Shown one piece after another: positions 17,031-26,952 of a stretch of DNA of 64,000 nt. The stretch spans positions 335,860 to 399,859 of the forward strand of contig PFBI01000006.1 of NCBI GenBank assembly GCA_002773395.1. The letters are read 5' to 3'. This stretch comes from Candidatus Kaiserbacteria bacterium CG10_big_fil_rev_8_21_14_0_10_47_16. Lineage in GTDB: Bacteria; Patescibacteriota; Minisyncoccia; Phycocordibacterales; UBA918. Both the position numbers and the translations under genes were made by a program. A model generated the notes under the pieces. The model searched no databases and was not told the origin of the DNA. It worked only from the letters and a program-made list of their open reading frames with translations. How positions within the stretch are numbered: the first letter of the stretch is position 1; each line of letters opens with the position of its first letter.

Positions 17031-18503
17031 ATGATCGTACGGTCTGATATTCCAAAAGAAGTACAGCTTGTCGCCGACACGCTTGAGAAAGCTGGGTTTG
17101 AAGCCTACCTCGTCGGTGGGTGTGTTCGTGACATGCTTATTGGTCGCACTCCGAAGGATTGGGACATCACAACCAACGCAAAACCTGAGGAAGTAACAGC
17201 TCTTTTTGAGGAAACATACAATAATAATGACTTTGGGACCGTTGGTGTCGTGAATCTAGAAACAGAGGATGAGAGCGTCCGTGTCGTCGAAGTAACGCCG
17301 TATCGCAGTGAATCTGGCTATTCTGACGCACGTCGTCCTGACACCGTCACCTTTGGTGTATCGCTTGAAGAAGACCTCGCGCGACGAGACTTCACCATCA
17401 ACGCCATCGCATTTCGCCTTAAGGATGAGCAAACGGTTGATATATTTGACGGGAGTGCTGATATCGCAGCAAAGCGCCTGACTGCAGTAGGGAACGCAGC
17501 GGAACGCTTTGGGGAAGATGCCCTCCGCATGCTCCGCGCAGTACGACTCAGTGTTGAACTCGATTTTGTTATCGAATCAGAAACAATGACTGCCATTGCC
17601 GAAAAGGGCTCCAACTTGAGCCTTATTTCAAAAGAACGCATCCGCGATGAGTTCTCACGAATCTTAAAGTCTTCGCAGCCAATGCAGGGCCTTATTCTCT
17701 GTGAAAAGCTTGGTTTACTTGCATATATTATGCCGGATCTCCTTCGTGGTATCGGTGTGGAACAAAACCAAGCCCACAGCTTCGACGTCTACGAACACAA
17801 CCTACGCACTATGCAACACGGCGCTGACAAAGAATGGGATTTTGATATCCGCCTCGCGGGACTCCTCCACGATATTTCAAAACCAGAGACACGAAAGTGG
17901 AGTAAGGAGAAGAACGACTGGACCTTCCACGGCCACGAGGTTGTCGGCGCACGAGTCGCAAAAAAGATCATGACGGATCTGAAGTTCCCGAAAGAGAAGA
18001 TCGCGCGTATCACTAAACTCGTCCGCTGGCACATGTTCTTTTCAGACCCTGATTTGATTACCCTTTCTGCGGTACGACGTATGATTCGCAACGTAGGGGA
18101 GGAGAATATCTGGGACCTGCTCAACCTCCGCATTTGTGACCGTATTGGTACTGGGCGGCCAAAGGAGCAGCCATTCCGCTTCCGCAAGTACAAATCAATG
18201 GTTGAAGAGGCGCTTAGAGATCCTATCTCAGTGAAGATGCTCAAGATTGACGGCGCTCGTATTATGGAAATAAGTAGTGAGAAACCAGGACCAAAGCTCG
18301 GAGACACCCTCCACGCACTCCTTGAGGAAGTACTCGACGACCCACAGAAGAACACCGCTGAATACCTAGAGGGACGCGCGCAAGAACTCATGGCGATGGA
18401 TGCAGCAGAACTAAGGAAGCTCGGTGATGCAGGGAAAGATAGACGAGAAGGGGAGGAAGCTGGCGAAATCCAGAAACTCCGCCGAAAACACAAAGTTGTA
18501 TAA
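17031..18503 (+). CDS. cca: CCA-adding tRNA nucleotidyltransferase with HD domain
   Basis: Pol-beta-type NT motif GGCVRD...DxD and an HD motif (LLHDISKP) in the C-terminal half. Confidence 0.85.
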   Translation: MIVRSDIPKEVQLVADTLEKAGFEAYLVGGCVRDMLIGRTPKDWDITTNAKPEEVTALFEETYNNNDFGTVGVVNLETEDESVRVVEVTPYRSESGYSDARRPDTVTFGVSLEEDLARRDFTINAIAFRLKDEQTVDIFDGSADIAAKRLTAVGNAAERFGEDALRMLRAVRLSVELDFVIESETMTAIAEKGSNLSLISKERIRDEFSRILKSSQPMQGLILCEKLGLLAYIMPDLLRGIGVEQNQAHSFDVYEHNLRTMQHGADKEWDFDIRLAGLLHDISKPETRKWSKEKNDWTFHGHEVVGARVAKKIMTDLKFPKEKIARITKLVRWHMFFSDPDLITLSAVRRMIRNVGEENIWDLLNLRICDRIGTGRPKEQPFRFRKYKSMVEEALRDPISVKMLKIDGARIMEISSEKPGPKLGDTLHALLEEVLDDPQKNTAEYLEGRAQELMAMDAAELRKLGDAGKDRREGEEAGEIQKLRRKHKVV

Positions 18504-18536
18504 GAAAAGACCGAGCCTATAGGCTCGGTCTTTTCT
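18503..18536 (+). terminator. Rho-independent terminator after cca (GACCGAGCC-TATA-GGCTCGGTC + T-tract)
   Basis: 9-bp stem followed by TTTTCTT. Confidence 0.65.
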
Positions 18537-18574
18537 TATGTATATAAACCTACGCTTGGCACTGAGATAGAAAA

Positions 18575-18649
18575 AAGCCCGCAGGGTTCGAAGGTCGAAT
18601 GGAATGTCCTTTACATGTCCTTTATTCGATTCCCGAACCCTGCGGGCTT
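18575..18649. repeat. Long perfect 16-bp stem (AAGCCCGCAGGGTTCG / CGAACCCTGCGGGCTT) enclosing a roughly 43-nt loop with tandem TGTCCTTTAC / TGTCCTTTAT copies
   Basis: Read directly; A- and T-runs flank the stem. Confidence 0.5.
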
Positions 18650-19008
18650 ATTTATGGGTGATCTACATAAGTATGTATTACTTATTTTTTGGCACGAGAT
18701 GTGCTGAATGAACTGTGAGTCGACGCGGGACGGAGTCCCTATAGGCCGAAGCGCATTGTGGCTCCGTCCGTGGGGTGGCGACTCATACTTTTTAGATGAT
18801 ACATATGTGAACCATCTAATAGTGGGATGTGAGTTATTTTGGAGGTTAACTCAATATTTTTGAACGAACTGTTTAGGGGGACATCCCCGCCTGCCCTCTC
18901 TGGGCCTGCGTATATAGTATGTCCTTTACAACAACGCGTAAAGGACAATCGTGTGCATAACTGTGTATAACATGTCCTTTATAAAAGACATGTCTTTTTG
19001 TGGCCTAT

Positions 19009-19806
19009 TTACTCGTCGATTGCGAGCTCAATAGATACGGGGCAGTGGTCACTTCCGGTCACTTCCGGGTGGATGTCAGCTTTTTTTATGATTGAGACCA
19101 GTGCTTCGGATGCGAGGATGTAATCAATTCTCCATCCTACGTTTCGCTCGCGTGCACCACCCCAGTGTGACCACCATGTGTAGAAACCATTCCCTTTGTG
19201 AAACAGTCTGAAGGTATCGACAAATCCGCCGTCCACAAATGCATCGAACCCTGCACGTTCTTCATCGGTAAATCCTTTCTTCCCCTTGTTCTCTTTCGGG
19301 CGGGCGAGGTCATCTTCTGTGTGTGCCACGTTGTAGTCACCGCAGTGAATGACTGGTTTCTCAGATTCAAGACGTTTCATGTACTCAAAGAATGCAGGAT
19401 CCCATTGCTGCCGCATTGGAATACGTGACAGATCGTCCTTTGCGTTTGGTGTATATACCGTTACCACGTAGAAATGTTCGAATTCGAGGGCTAATACACG
19501 ACCTTCTTTGATTGTGTCACCATATCCATCAGAGAGTTGATACTTCTCAATAAGATCTTCCGGGAAACCGTGCATTACGTTTTCAGGGGCTTGTTTGGTG
19601 AATATTGCCGTTCCTGAGTATCCTTTACGGTCTGCAGAGTTCCAGTATTCATCGTAATCCGGTAAATCAATCTCTACCTGATCTTGGTTTGCCTTCGTCT
19701 CTTGGAGACAAAGAATGTCTGGCTGATGCTTCTCGATGAAGGGAAGGAGCTCTTCTTTTTTCAAAACTGCACGAATACCGTTTACGTTCCACGAATAGAT
19801 TTTCAT
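19009..19806 (-). CDS. xth: Exodeoxyribonuclease III (AP endonuclease)
   Basis: EEP-fold motifs (WNVNG, LQE, GDxN, SDHxP). The track ORF extends to 19842; the likely start is the Met at 19806. Confidence 0.85.
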   Translation of the reverse strand: MKIYSWNVNGIRAVLKKEELLPFIEKHQPDILCLQETKANQDQVEIDLPDYDEYWNSADRKGYSGTAIFTKQAPENVMHGFPEDLIEKYQLSDGYGDTIKEGRVLALEFEHFYVVTVYTPNAKDDLSRIPMRQQWDPAFFEYMKRLESEKPVIHCGDYNVAHTEDDLARPKENKGKKGFTDEERAGFDAFVDGGFVDTFRLFHKGNGFYTWWSHWGGARERNVGWRIDYILASEALVSIIKKADIHPEVTGSDHCPVSIELAIDE

Positions 19807-19995
19807 CTTGATAGTATACCCGTGAAACGTTGCAGTGAACAAACCCTTGCATTTTTACACACATATGCTTTAATTGTCGCAACAAAGCGGCACTCCTCCT
19901 CTGAGAGTTCTCACAAAGAAGTAGATCAGGTGCGGGTAAGTTTTGTGGCAGATGGTGTTATATCCAATGCTCTTATTCACTAAGAACAAAGAACA

Positions 19996-20199
19996 ATGAC
20001 AGGCAAGATTGCACGTCTTACAGATCGCGGATTCGGATTCATTACTCCGGACGGCGACGATAAGGATGTGTTCTTCCACGCTCGTTCACTTTCTGAAGGT
20101 CTTCTCTACGATGACCTAAAGGAAGGCGAGGCAGTTACGTTTGATCTTGAGAATGGTCCAAAAGGCCCTTCTGCAGCAAACGTAGCTCGACCAGCGTAA
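19996..20199 (+). CDS. cspA: Cold-shock protein (CspA family)
   Basis: RNP1/RNP2 motifs (GFGFI, VFFH). A long 5' UTR follows the TTGCAT promoter-like site. Confidence 0.9.
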   Translation: MTGKIARLTDRGFGFITPDGDDKDVFFHARSLSEGLLYDDLKEGEAVTFDLENGPKGPSAANVARPA

Positions 20200-20218
20200 G
20201 CTCGGTACGGGAGACAAG

Positions 20219-20256
20219 GAAAAGCGCTGTGAGCCTCGGCTCACAGCGCTTTTCCG
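20219..20256 (+). terminator. Rho-independent terminator after cspA
   Basis: AGCGCTGTGAGCC-TC-GGCTCACAGCGCT + TTTT. Confidence 0.65.
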
Positions 20257-20316
20257 TTATTCTTTCATCCCCGCGGTATACTACTGCTATACCCGTAACA
20301 CCGTAATCACACACCT

Positions 20317-20550
20317 ATGAAAGTTGTTTTAATTATTCTTATTCTTATCATCGTCTTTGGGGGAGGGTGGTATCTCATCAATTCTTCGAAGACTGCCATG
20401 GCACCTGAAGAAACCGCGAACGACACTGCATCAACAACAATGTCTGACGAGTCGGCGAGCGCCGCTACCGTGGACAGTAGCGCAGAAGCAAACTTTGGTA
20501 CTGATGCTGGTATGGAACTCCCGATTCCTGACGATGAGTCGAATTTCTAG
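20317..20550 (+). CDS. Hypothetical small membrane-anchored protein (77 aa; N-terminal TM, acidic S/T/A-rich tail)
   Basis: ORF bounded by terminators on both sides. There is no obvious SD, so it is uncertain. Confidence 0.35.
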   Translation: MKVVLIILILIIVFGGGWYLINSSKTAMAPEETANDTASTTMSDESASAATVDSSAEANFGTDAGMELPIPDDESNF

Positions 20551-20560
20551 TGACTACGTA

Positions 20561-20596
20561 AAAAGGCGCGAGGGCGAAAGCCCTCGCGCCTTTTTA
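20561..20596. terminator. Bidirectional terminator (GGCGCGAGGGC-GAAA-GCCCTCGCGCC) between the convergent small ORF and the xer gene
   Basis: 11-bp stem with a GAAA tetraloop and flanking A/T runs. Confidence 0.6.
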
Positions 20597-20599
20597 CTA

Positions 20600-21523
20600 T
20601 TAGTTCGAGTGGAACTTTTTATGCACTTCTCGGAGGTGTTTGTCGGTTACGTGTGTATATATCTGTGTTGTCGCAATATTTGCATGCCCCAACAGCGCTT
20701 GCACAGAGCGCAGGTCGGCGCCGTTTGAGAGGAGGTCTGTCGCAAAACTGTGACGGATAACGTGCGGCGTTACCTTGCGGGTAATTCCTGCAATAGTGGC
20801 GTACCGTTTAATGATGCGCTGTACGCTTCGTGGTGTCAGTCGTAAATCTTTATTGTCTTTTTGTGTCATCTTTGCGTTCTTCCCATACTGAATAAAGAGT
20901 GCGTCATCCATATCCTTTCGTGACTTCACGTATTCACGAATTGACTGTTTTGCTTTGTCAGAGAGAAAGACCACGCGAATTTTATCACCCTTCCCGCGTA
21001 TAGAGAACTCATCACGTGAGAGATCAACATCTTCAATAGAGAGGCCGCAGAGCTCCGAGACGCGGAGCCCGGTTGAAAACAAGAGCTCAAGAATGGCTTT
21101 ATCGCGCAGTCCTTGCTCGGTAGCACGATCGGGCGCATTCATAAGACGGCTGAGTTCTGCAGGAGAAATAAGGTCGAGTGACCGTTCAGGAACCTTCGCC
21201 AACTCAATACGTTCTGGATCGAGCGAGGAAATGTTCCGTTTTCGGAGATATTTCAGAAAGGCGCGGAGCGCAATCAGGTAGTAATTCTGTGTTCGTCGCT
21301 TCAACGTATCGGTTGTTCTTCCCGTTTTTGTCCCCGGCTGACGATTGAGCCACAGGCGGTACTCACGCACCATGCTTTCAGTAACTTTTTTTGGGTCAGT
21401 TACTTTTGCGTAGTCCAAAAAACGGGTGAGGTATCGATCATAGTTTGATACGGTATGAATACTTCGTCCACGCTCAATTTCGAGGTATTCCAAAAATTGT
21501 TGTTTTGCTTCCGCGAGGTTCAT
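20600..21523 (-). CDS. Tyrosine recombinase XerC/XerD family
   Basis: C-terminal catalytic R...HxxR...Y signature (HVIRHSFAT...LGHANIATTQIYTHV). The likely start is the MNLAEAK Met, since the track ORF extends 30 nt further. Confidence 0.85.
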   Translation of the reverse strand: MNLAEAKQQFLEYLEIERGRSIHTVSNYDRYLTRFLDYAKVTDPKKVTESMVREYRLWLNRQPGTKTGRTTDTLKRRTQNYYLIALRAFLKYLRKRNISSLDPERIELAKVPERSLDLISPAELSRLMNAPDRATEQGLRDKAILELLFSTGLRVSELCGLSIEDVDLSRDEFSIRGKGDKIRVVFLSDKAKQSIREYVKSRKDMDDALFIQYGKNAKMTQKDNKDLRLTPRSVQRIIKRYATIAGITRKVTPHVIRHSFATDLLSNGADLRSVQALLGHANIATTQIYTHVTDKHLREVHKKFHSN

Positions 21524-21613
21524 ATATAGCAGTATTGTAGCACTCCATTCCACAGCAACTGCACCGCTGCACTCGCTGTGTAACGTATACTATATATGTA
21601 ACAAACACACGTC

Positions 21614-22492
21614 GTGAGTAGTCGTATTCGTATTGGAGTAGCACTGGTAGTTGGAGTCGTCATCATCGGCGGGGCCTTTTATCTACGCGGACAAACAGAA
21701 GTATTGCCCACAGGAATTCTCTCTGTTTCTGGCAGCCCTACTCGCGGGTCTATTGCCGAGACCGACAAAAACAACAACGGTATCAACGACTGGGAGGAGT
21801 CATTGCAAACTCTCACCATCAACTCTGCATCGAAAACCGGCACCGCGATCGCGGCAGGCGGTGACTACGAGCCTAAAACGTTGACCGATCGTTTTGCTCA
21901 AAAGTTTTTTGAAGAATATACAACCTCAGACGCAAGCGGTTCCTCCGACCCAGCTGCGCAGCAGGCCTTTTTAAATTCTTCTATCGCACAGCTCAGCGGG
22001 GAAGCGTTGGACACACCCTACACACAAAAAGATATTCGTATCGGCGATTCTTCACCACAAGCCCTGCGCGATTACGGAAATAATATTTCAGACATTGTGA
22101 ATCGTTACTCGGGTGCGAGTACAGAAAACGAACTTACCGTATTTGCCCGTGTCATCGACAATGACAATGCGAAAGATTACCAAACACTTACAAACATCAG
22201 TACCGCATATAGCAAGGTTCTTGCTGATACACTGGTACTAGCGGTACCACCCGAACTTGCTTCTTCGCATCTCCTTCTTGTGAATGCGTATCTTGCTGTT
22301 CAGGCCGATGTCGCCGCAATGGCAAATGCAAAAACTGACCCACTCTACGCTCTCGTACGTGTAAAGCGATACGAGGAAGACGCCAAAGCGCTGTACGCCG
22401 TTTTCAATACCATATATTCGTACCTCTACTCAAGTGGCGTACGATACGCGAGCGATGAACCGGGATCAATATTCCAAGTAGCAGGGAACTAG
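21614..22492 (+). CDS. Hypothetical membrane-anchored secreted protein (first gene of the T4SS-like operon)
   Basis: N-terminal TM (IGVALVVGVVIIGGAFYL) followed by a hydrophilic domain. No known family. Confidence 0.55.
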   Translation: MSSRIRIGVALVVGVVIIGGAFYLRGQTEVLPTGILSVSGSPTRGSIAETDKNNNGINDWEESLQTLTINSASKTGTAIAAGGDYEPKTLTDRFAQKFFEEYTTSDASGSSDPAAQQAFLNSSIAQLSGEALDTPYTQKDIRIGDSSPQALRDYGNNISDIVNRYSGASTENELTVFARVIDNDNAKDYQTLTNISTAYSKVLADTLVLAVPPELASSHLLLVNAYLAVQADVAAMANAKTDPLYALVRVKRYEEDAKALYAVFNTIYSYLYSSGVRYASDEPGSIFQVAGN

Positions 22493-22498
22493 CACACT

Positions 22499-23881
22499 AT
22501 GACGGACACAACACCAACACAAAAAAACAGGTGGTCTCTCGCACGATATGCCGTTACCTTGGTTCTTATTTTGTCTTTTGCTGCGGCTCCACTTTCAATA
22601 ACATCCTCGCTCCATATACAAAAACAAGAAGCTGCTGCGCAGTGGTCGGTACTTGATGCCGCCAACCTTGTGAAGAACACGTTCGTTGCCGCAATCCAAA
22701 ATTCACTTCAAGTAAAGGAGTTCTCTCTCGACGCGATTGCATACGCACTTGCGAAGCAGGCAATTCAATCAATGACGACGAGTATTGTGCAGTGGATTAA
22801 CTCCGGCTTTAAGGGGAGTCCTGCCTTCGTCCAAAACCTCGAGTTCCATTTAAACTATCTGGCCGACCGTGTGGCGTCTGAATTCTTCTCTGAGCTCGGA
22901 GGTGGATTTCTCTGTGCGCCATTCCAACTCAATGTGCGTGCTGCAATTTCTTTGCAGTACAACAATAATAAATACTACAAGAACCGCGGACAGTGCAGCC
23001 TCTCAAGCGTCGCTGCAAATATTGAAAACTTTGGTAAGGCGGGCGTCACCTCAAGTTGGGGGAACTTCATGCAAGTGGCAATGTACCCACAAAACAATCC
23101 GTACGGATCAATGGCACTCGCACAACAGGAACTGACCCTCCGTATTGTGAACGCGCGCAATCAGGAAGTTGAACTTCTTAGTTTCGGTGACGGATTCCTT
23201 TCGTACCGCGATACAGAGGACGCATGGTGTATAGGACAACCGGTTGAGAAGTGTCCTGTTATAACACCGGGGAAGGTTATCTCTGAACAGCTCAACAAAT
23301 CGCTTGGCGCAGGTCAGGATGTATTGGTAAGTGCCGACGAAATCAACGAAATAATCGGTGCACTCTTTGCGCAACTCACGACACAAGCTATCACCGGAGT
23401 AAACGGACTCCTCGGGGTTTCTTCAGGCCAGAACGGTAGTCAATCGTATCTCAATCAGGTAAACAGTGACAAAACGAAAGTAGGATACGACGCTTCAAGT
23501 TACACAAACGTGACTCAAACCCTTCAAACCGAACAGACCTTCCTCAGTCTCAACGAACAAATTGTGACCACAATAAATGGCGCTGCGACGCTTTCGTGTT
23601 CACAGTCACTCCCAACAAGTCTTGTGACTGCACGATCAACTGCATCGGCTGCGGTCACCAGCACTCGCACAAACGTTTCTCGCCTTGAAGGGTTCCAGAG
23701 TCAATTAAGCGGAACGTCAAATTCTAAGGAACAAGAAACGATCTTCTCACAGTTCCAAGCATTTGCATCATCTGGAGTACTTCATTCACCAGCTACCGTT
23801 ACAAGTCTCCAGAATACGGTCGATAGTATTACTGCTGCAGTCACCAGTTACGAGGCGTCATACTGTAAAACAACTCCATAA
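22499..23881 (+). CDS. Hypothetical membrane-anchored secreted protein, Cys-containing
   Basis: N-terminal TM and a 430-aa extracytoplasmic domain. It starts 7 nt after the previous gene. Confidence 0.55.
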   Translation: MTDTTPTQKNRWSLARYAVTLVLILSFAAAPLSITSSLHIQKQEAAAQWSVLDAANLVKNTFVAAIQNSLQVKEFSLDAIAYALAKQAIQSMTTSIVQWINSGFKGSPAFVQNLEFHLNYLADRVASEFFSELGGGFLCAPFQLNVRAAISLQYNNNKYYKNRGQCSLSSVAANIENFGKAGVTSSWGNFMQVAMYPQNNPYGSMALAQQELTLRIVNARNQEVELLSFGDGFLSYRDTEDAWCIGQPVEKCPVITPGKVISEQLNKSLGAGQDVLVSADEINEIIGALFAQLTTQAITGVNGLLGVSSGQNGSQSYLNQVNSDKTKVGYDASSYTNVTQTLQTEQTFLSLNEQIVTTINGAATLSCSQSLPTSLVTARSTASAAVTSTRTNVSRLEGFQSQLSGTSNSKEQETIFSQFQAFASSGVLHSPATVTSLQNTVDSITAAVTSYEASYCKTTP

Positions 23882-23883
23882 GT

Positions 23884-25971
23884 ATGTTCTCTTTTGCTCA
23901 CAACAAAAAACATCTCCTCATAGCTGCTCTTTTTGTGTGTTCACTTGCATTCACGGCGTTGAGCGCCCCCCAATACGCACATGCACAAACACCTGCCGCA
24001 CAACCCGCGGCAACCACTGGAACTGCCGCAACTCCAACAGCAACTGCACCCGCTGCAGCTACCACTGAGAGCCCAAAAGAGACAGGGGGAGGGGTAGGGA
24101 GTTTCCTTGGGAACCTCGTACTCAGTCTCGGTGGTGCTATCGCCGGTCTTGGCGGATGGCTTCTTGATGGAGCGATTGATAAGTTTGTCATCCACATTGC
24201 CGACGGCCTTCATGCAAACGAACCTCTCGGCAAGGCGATCTCAACACTCTGGACCGTCGTGCGCGACATAGTGAACCTCGTATTCATTTTCGGGTTTGTG
24301 TACATTGGTATTCGCACCATCATCGATCCGAGTCGAGCACAAACAAAGTCCTTCCTCTCGCAACTCGTTGTTGCTGCACTCCTCGTCAACTTTAGTCTCT
24401 TCTTTGTAAAGTTTGTGATCGATATCGCAAATGTCACCTCGCTCGAAATTTATAATCTTATTGGGGGTGGGCAGGGGAATATCGCGGCGCAGTTTGCGGC
24501 GCATGTTGGCGTGCCCGACTGGTTTACAGCAAAAGACCCTGAGCAACTTGCACAACTTTCTGGCGAAACCGCCCTTGTCTACTACATTATGGCAGCCCTC
24601 TTCCTCATCATTGCCGGATTCACCTTTGCTGCTGGTGCATTCCTCCTCGTCTCCCGCTACATCGTGCTCATTCTCCTCATGATTTTTTCACCGCTTATCT
24701 TTGCGGCAATGGTGTTCCCACAACTCGGAAAAATCGGAGGCGGCCTCATGGGAAGACTCATCAACTATGCCTTCATGGCGCCCGCCTATCTTTTCTTACT
24801 CTATCTCTCACTCTCAGTGGTTGTCGCAGCGAGCCCTAGTAAGGCAACAAGTATTCGTGATGTCTTCGCAGGAGGTATCAATGGCTCGAGTACCAATGGT
24901 GATATTTCAATCATTCTCGTCTTCTTTATTGGTATTGGACTGCTCATCGCTTCACTCCAAGCCGCAAAGGCGCTTGGGGTCGCCGGATCCCAACAAACAC
25001 TTAAGTTTGGGAATTATCTTCGTGGACAAGCCCAAAGCTTTGTTGGTAGAAACACTGTAGGTCGTGCCGGCGACATGGCTTTGAAAGCGTATGAAAAGGT
25101 GGACGCAAAAGCGACGAGTTCGAAGACTGGGCGATTCCTTCGCGGAGCCGTTTCTGTTGCATCTGTTGGTGTCCTGAGTGACCGAAGTGTCCGCACAGGT
25201 CTGCAAAAAACTTCTGGCGCGAAATTCGGTGGGACAACTTCGTTTACTGACGCTAAAAAGTATGATGAGGATCTCAGTAAACGACGCTCTGGTCTGCGCG
25301 CTGAGATGCAACGCGAAAAAGATATTGAAAAAGGTATTGGTCTTGCGAATACTGATCTTAGTAAACTTTCTGAAGATGAGAAGAAAGTCCATTCAGAGGA
25401 CATGCAAAAGATGGTTGATGCCATTGAGGATCTTACTGCAGACCAAATGAAAGACCTCGAGCTCAACATTCTTACAAATGAGGATGTGGCTGTGCACCTT
25501 TCAATGAAACAAATTGAAGGTCTTGAAAAGACTGGTAAGTACTCTGACGCTCAAATTGAAAGTATTAAGGACGCCAAGAAAGCTGGTACACGTGCCATTG
25601 CGCTCAACACAAACGGTCGCGGTGAAATGAAGGTTGGTGGCCGAACGCAGCAAGAGCGACTGGTAAAGCAAAATGTAAACGACGTTGGCGCTCTCCATGT
25701 TTCAATCTTCAAAGCTCGCGATATGGCAAGATACCTTACTCCGGCAATGGTTGAGGCTCGCATGCAGCGTGGCATCACTGAACAAGATCTCTTTGATCCG
25801 AATGAGAAGGACCCTGACCAAGTGGGTATCCGGCAAAGTCTTAATACGTACCTCAATGATACCGACACCCCACAGAGTGTTATTCAGCAGTGGGCTAAGT
25901 GGAAAGAGAAGTCACCGGTATACGCAGCGCGCCTTAATCTCGACATTCCTGACTCCTCAACGAATAATTAG
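23884..25971 (+). CDS. VirB6/TrbL-like polytopic membrane protein with a signal peptide, Thr/Ala/Pro-rich linker and a C-terminal coiled-coil cytoplasmic domain
   Basis: Signal peptide, at least 6 hydrophobic helices, 695 aa, and a position next to PrgI/VirB4 genes. The assignment rests on topology and context, not motif identity. Confidence 0.45.
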   Translation: MFSFAHNKKHLLIAALFVCSLAFTALSAPQYAHAQTPAAQPAATTGTAATPTATAPAAATTESPKETGGGVGSFLGNLVLSLGGAIAGLGGWLLDGAIDKFVIHIADGLHANEPLGKAISTLWTVVRDIVNLVFIFGFVYIGIRTIIDPSRAQTKSFLSQLVVAALLVNFSLFFVKFVIDIANVTSLEIYNLIGGGQGNIAAQFAAHVGVPDWFTAKDPEQLAQLSGETALVYYIMAALFLIIAGFTFAAGAFLLVSRYIVLILLMIFSPLIFAAMVFPQLGKIGGGLMGRLINYAFMAPAYLFLLYLSLSVVVAASPSKATSIRDVFAGGINGSSTNGDISIILVFFIGIGLLIASLQAAKALGVAGSQQTLKFGNYLRGQAQSFVGRNTVGRAGDMALKAYEKVDAKATSSKTGRFLRGAVSVASVGVLSDRSVRTGLQKTSGAKFGGTTSFTDAKKYDEDLSKRRSGLRAEMQREKDIEKGIGLANTDLSKLSEDEKKVHSEDMQKMVDAIEDLTADQMKDLELNILTNEDVAVHLSMKQIEGLEKTGKYSDAQIESIKDAKKAGTRAIALNTNGRGEMKVGGRTQQERLVKQNVNDVGALHVSIFKARDMARYLTPAMVEARMQRGITEQDLFDPNEKDPDQVGIRQSLNTYLNDTDTPQSVIQQWAKWKEKSPVYAARLNLDIPDSSTNN

Positions 25972-25980
25972 TATCGGCAT

Positions 25981-26451
25981 ATGAATTCAAATTGGGATAC
26001 CTTTCAAGAAAAATATAGAGCGGCTCCACCGCACATTCAGAATATTATAGATTCTGATGTGATCTTACTTTTCGTGAGAAAAATTAAATCCGCATGCGAT
26101 TTGCCTGTTCTAAAAACAGACGACCTAATAATTCTAGTCAGTGACTGTGTACTTGGAATACAAAAACCTGAAGAGCTTTTTAACTCGGAGATTTTTGCAG
26201 CCGTCTCGGCAGAGAAGCGGGGGAAGGTGATTGATATGATTAACGATTTTGTAAAAAATCCTCCAAGTGTGCCTACCTCCGCTGCAGATCCTGTGGAAAT
26301 TGCACCTGTTGCAGCACTGGATCAAGATTCTGCGAATGTCACTCAAAGTGAACCTCCAAAGACTCCTTCGCCTGGACCTACTCAGCTGCCGCAGCGGTAC
26401 ATGAAGCCGCTCACTGAGATGCCGCGATATGACGATAAGGGTCGGCGGTAG
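25981..26451 (+). CDS. Hypothetical cytoplasmic protein
   Basis: ORF in the operon with no TM segments and a Pro-rich C-terminus. Confidence 0.5.
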   Translation: MNSNWDTFQEKYRAAPPHIQNIIDSDVILLFVRKIKSACDLPVLKTDDLIILVSDCVLGIQKPEELFNSEIFAAVSAEKRGKVIDMINDFVKNPPSVPTSAADPVEIAPVAALDQDSANVTQSEPPKTPSPGPTQLPQRYMKPLTEMPRYDDKGRR

Positions 26452-26515
26452 TCTCTCGAGAATCTTTCAACGTCGTCACTTCAGATTTCTGGTTCGACTG
26501 TTGTACAATGGATGA

Positions 26516-26947
26516 ATGCGCTTTGAGGTACCACAGTTTATTGAAATCGAAGACAAGATCATTGGCCCATTCACGTGGAAGCAATTCATTTATATTGCTG
26601 GCGGTGGGGGAGCGGTACTTGTGTTGTATTTCACCCTTCCGTTTATACTCTTCGCCATACTTGGTGTTCCGATTGCGGCACTTGCGGGCTTCCTCGCATT
26701 CCACAAAATAAACAATCGGCCCTTCTCAGTCTTCCTTGAATCAATGGTAAGCTATTTTATGGGGAACAAGCTGTACCTATGGAAGAAAAAACAAGGTCAA
26801 ATCATTACCGCAGAGAAGACGCTCTATAAAAGTCCTGTTGCAGAAGCTCCAACATCATCACCTGTTCCAGGGAATGACAATATTTCTTCACTTGCGCGCA
26901 AGCTTGAGATGAATGCACTTGAGAACCCTACCCCTGACCAACAATAA
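26516..26947 (+). CDS. PrgI-family (VirB3-like) small membrane protein of Gram-positive-type T4SS
   Basis: The N-terminal DKIIGPFTWKQFIYIAGG motif resembles the PrgI family signature (KIFGPLTLRQFIYL). Two TM helices, and it lies directly upstream of VirB4. Confidence 0.6.
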   Translation: MRFEVPQFIEIEDKIIGPFTWKQFIYIAGGGGAVLVLYFTLPFILFAILGVPIAALAGFLAFHKINNRPFSVFLESMVSYFMGNKLYLWKKKQGQIITAEKTLYKSPVAEAPTSSPVPGNDNISSLARKLEMNALENPTPDQQ

Positions 26948-26952
26948 CTACT

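Noticed and set aside
23898-24555. Minus-strand ORFs within the VirB6-like gene
   Set aside because: They are antisense to a long, topologically coherent membrane protein ORF.
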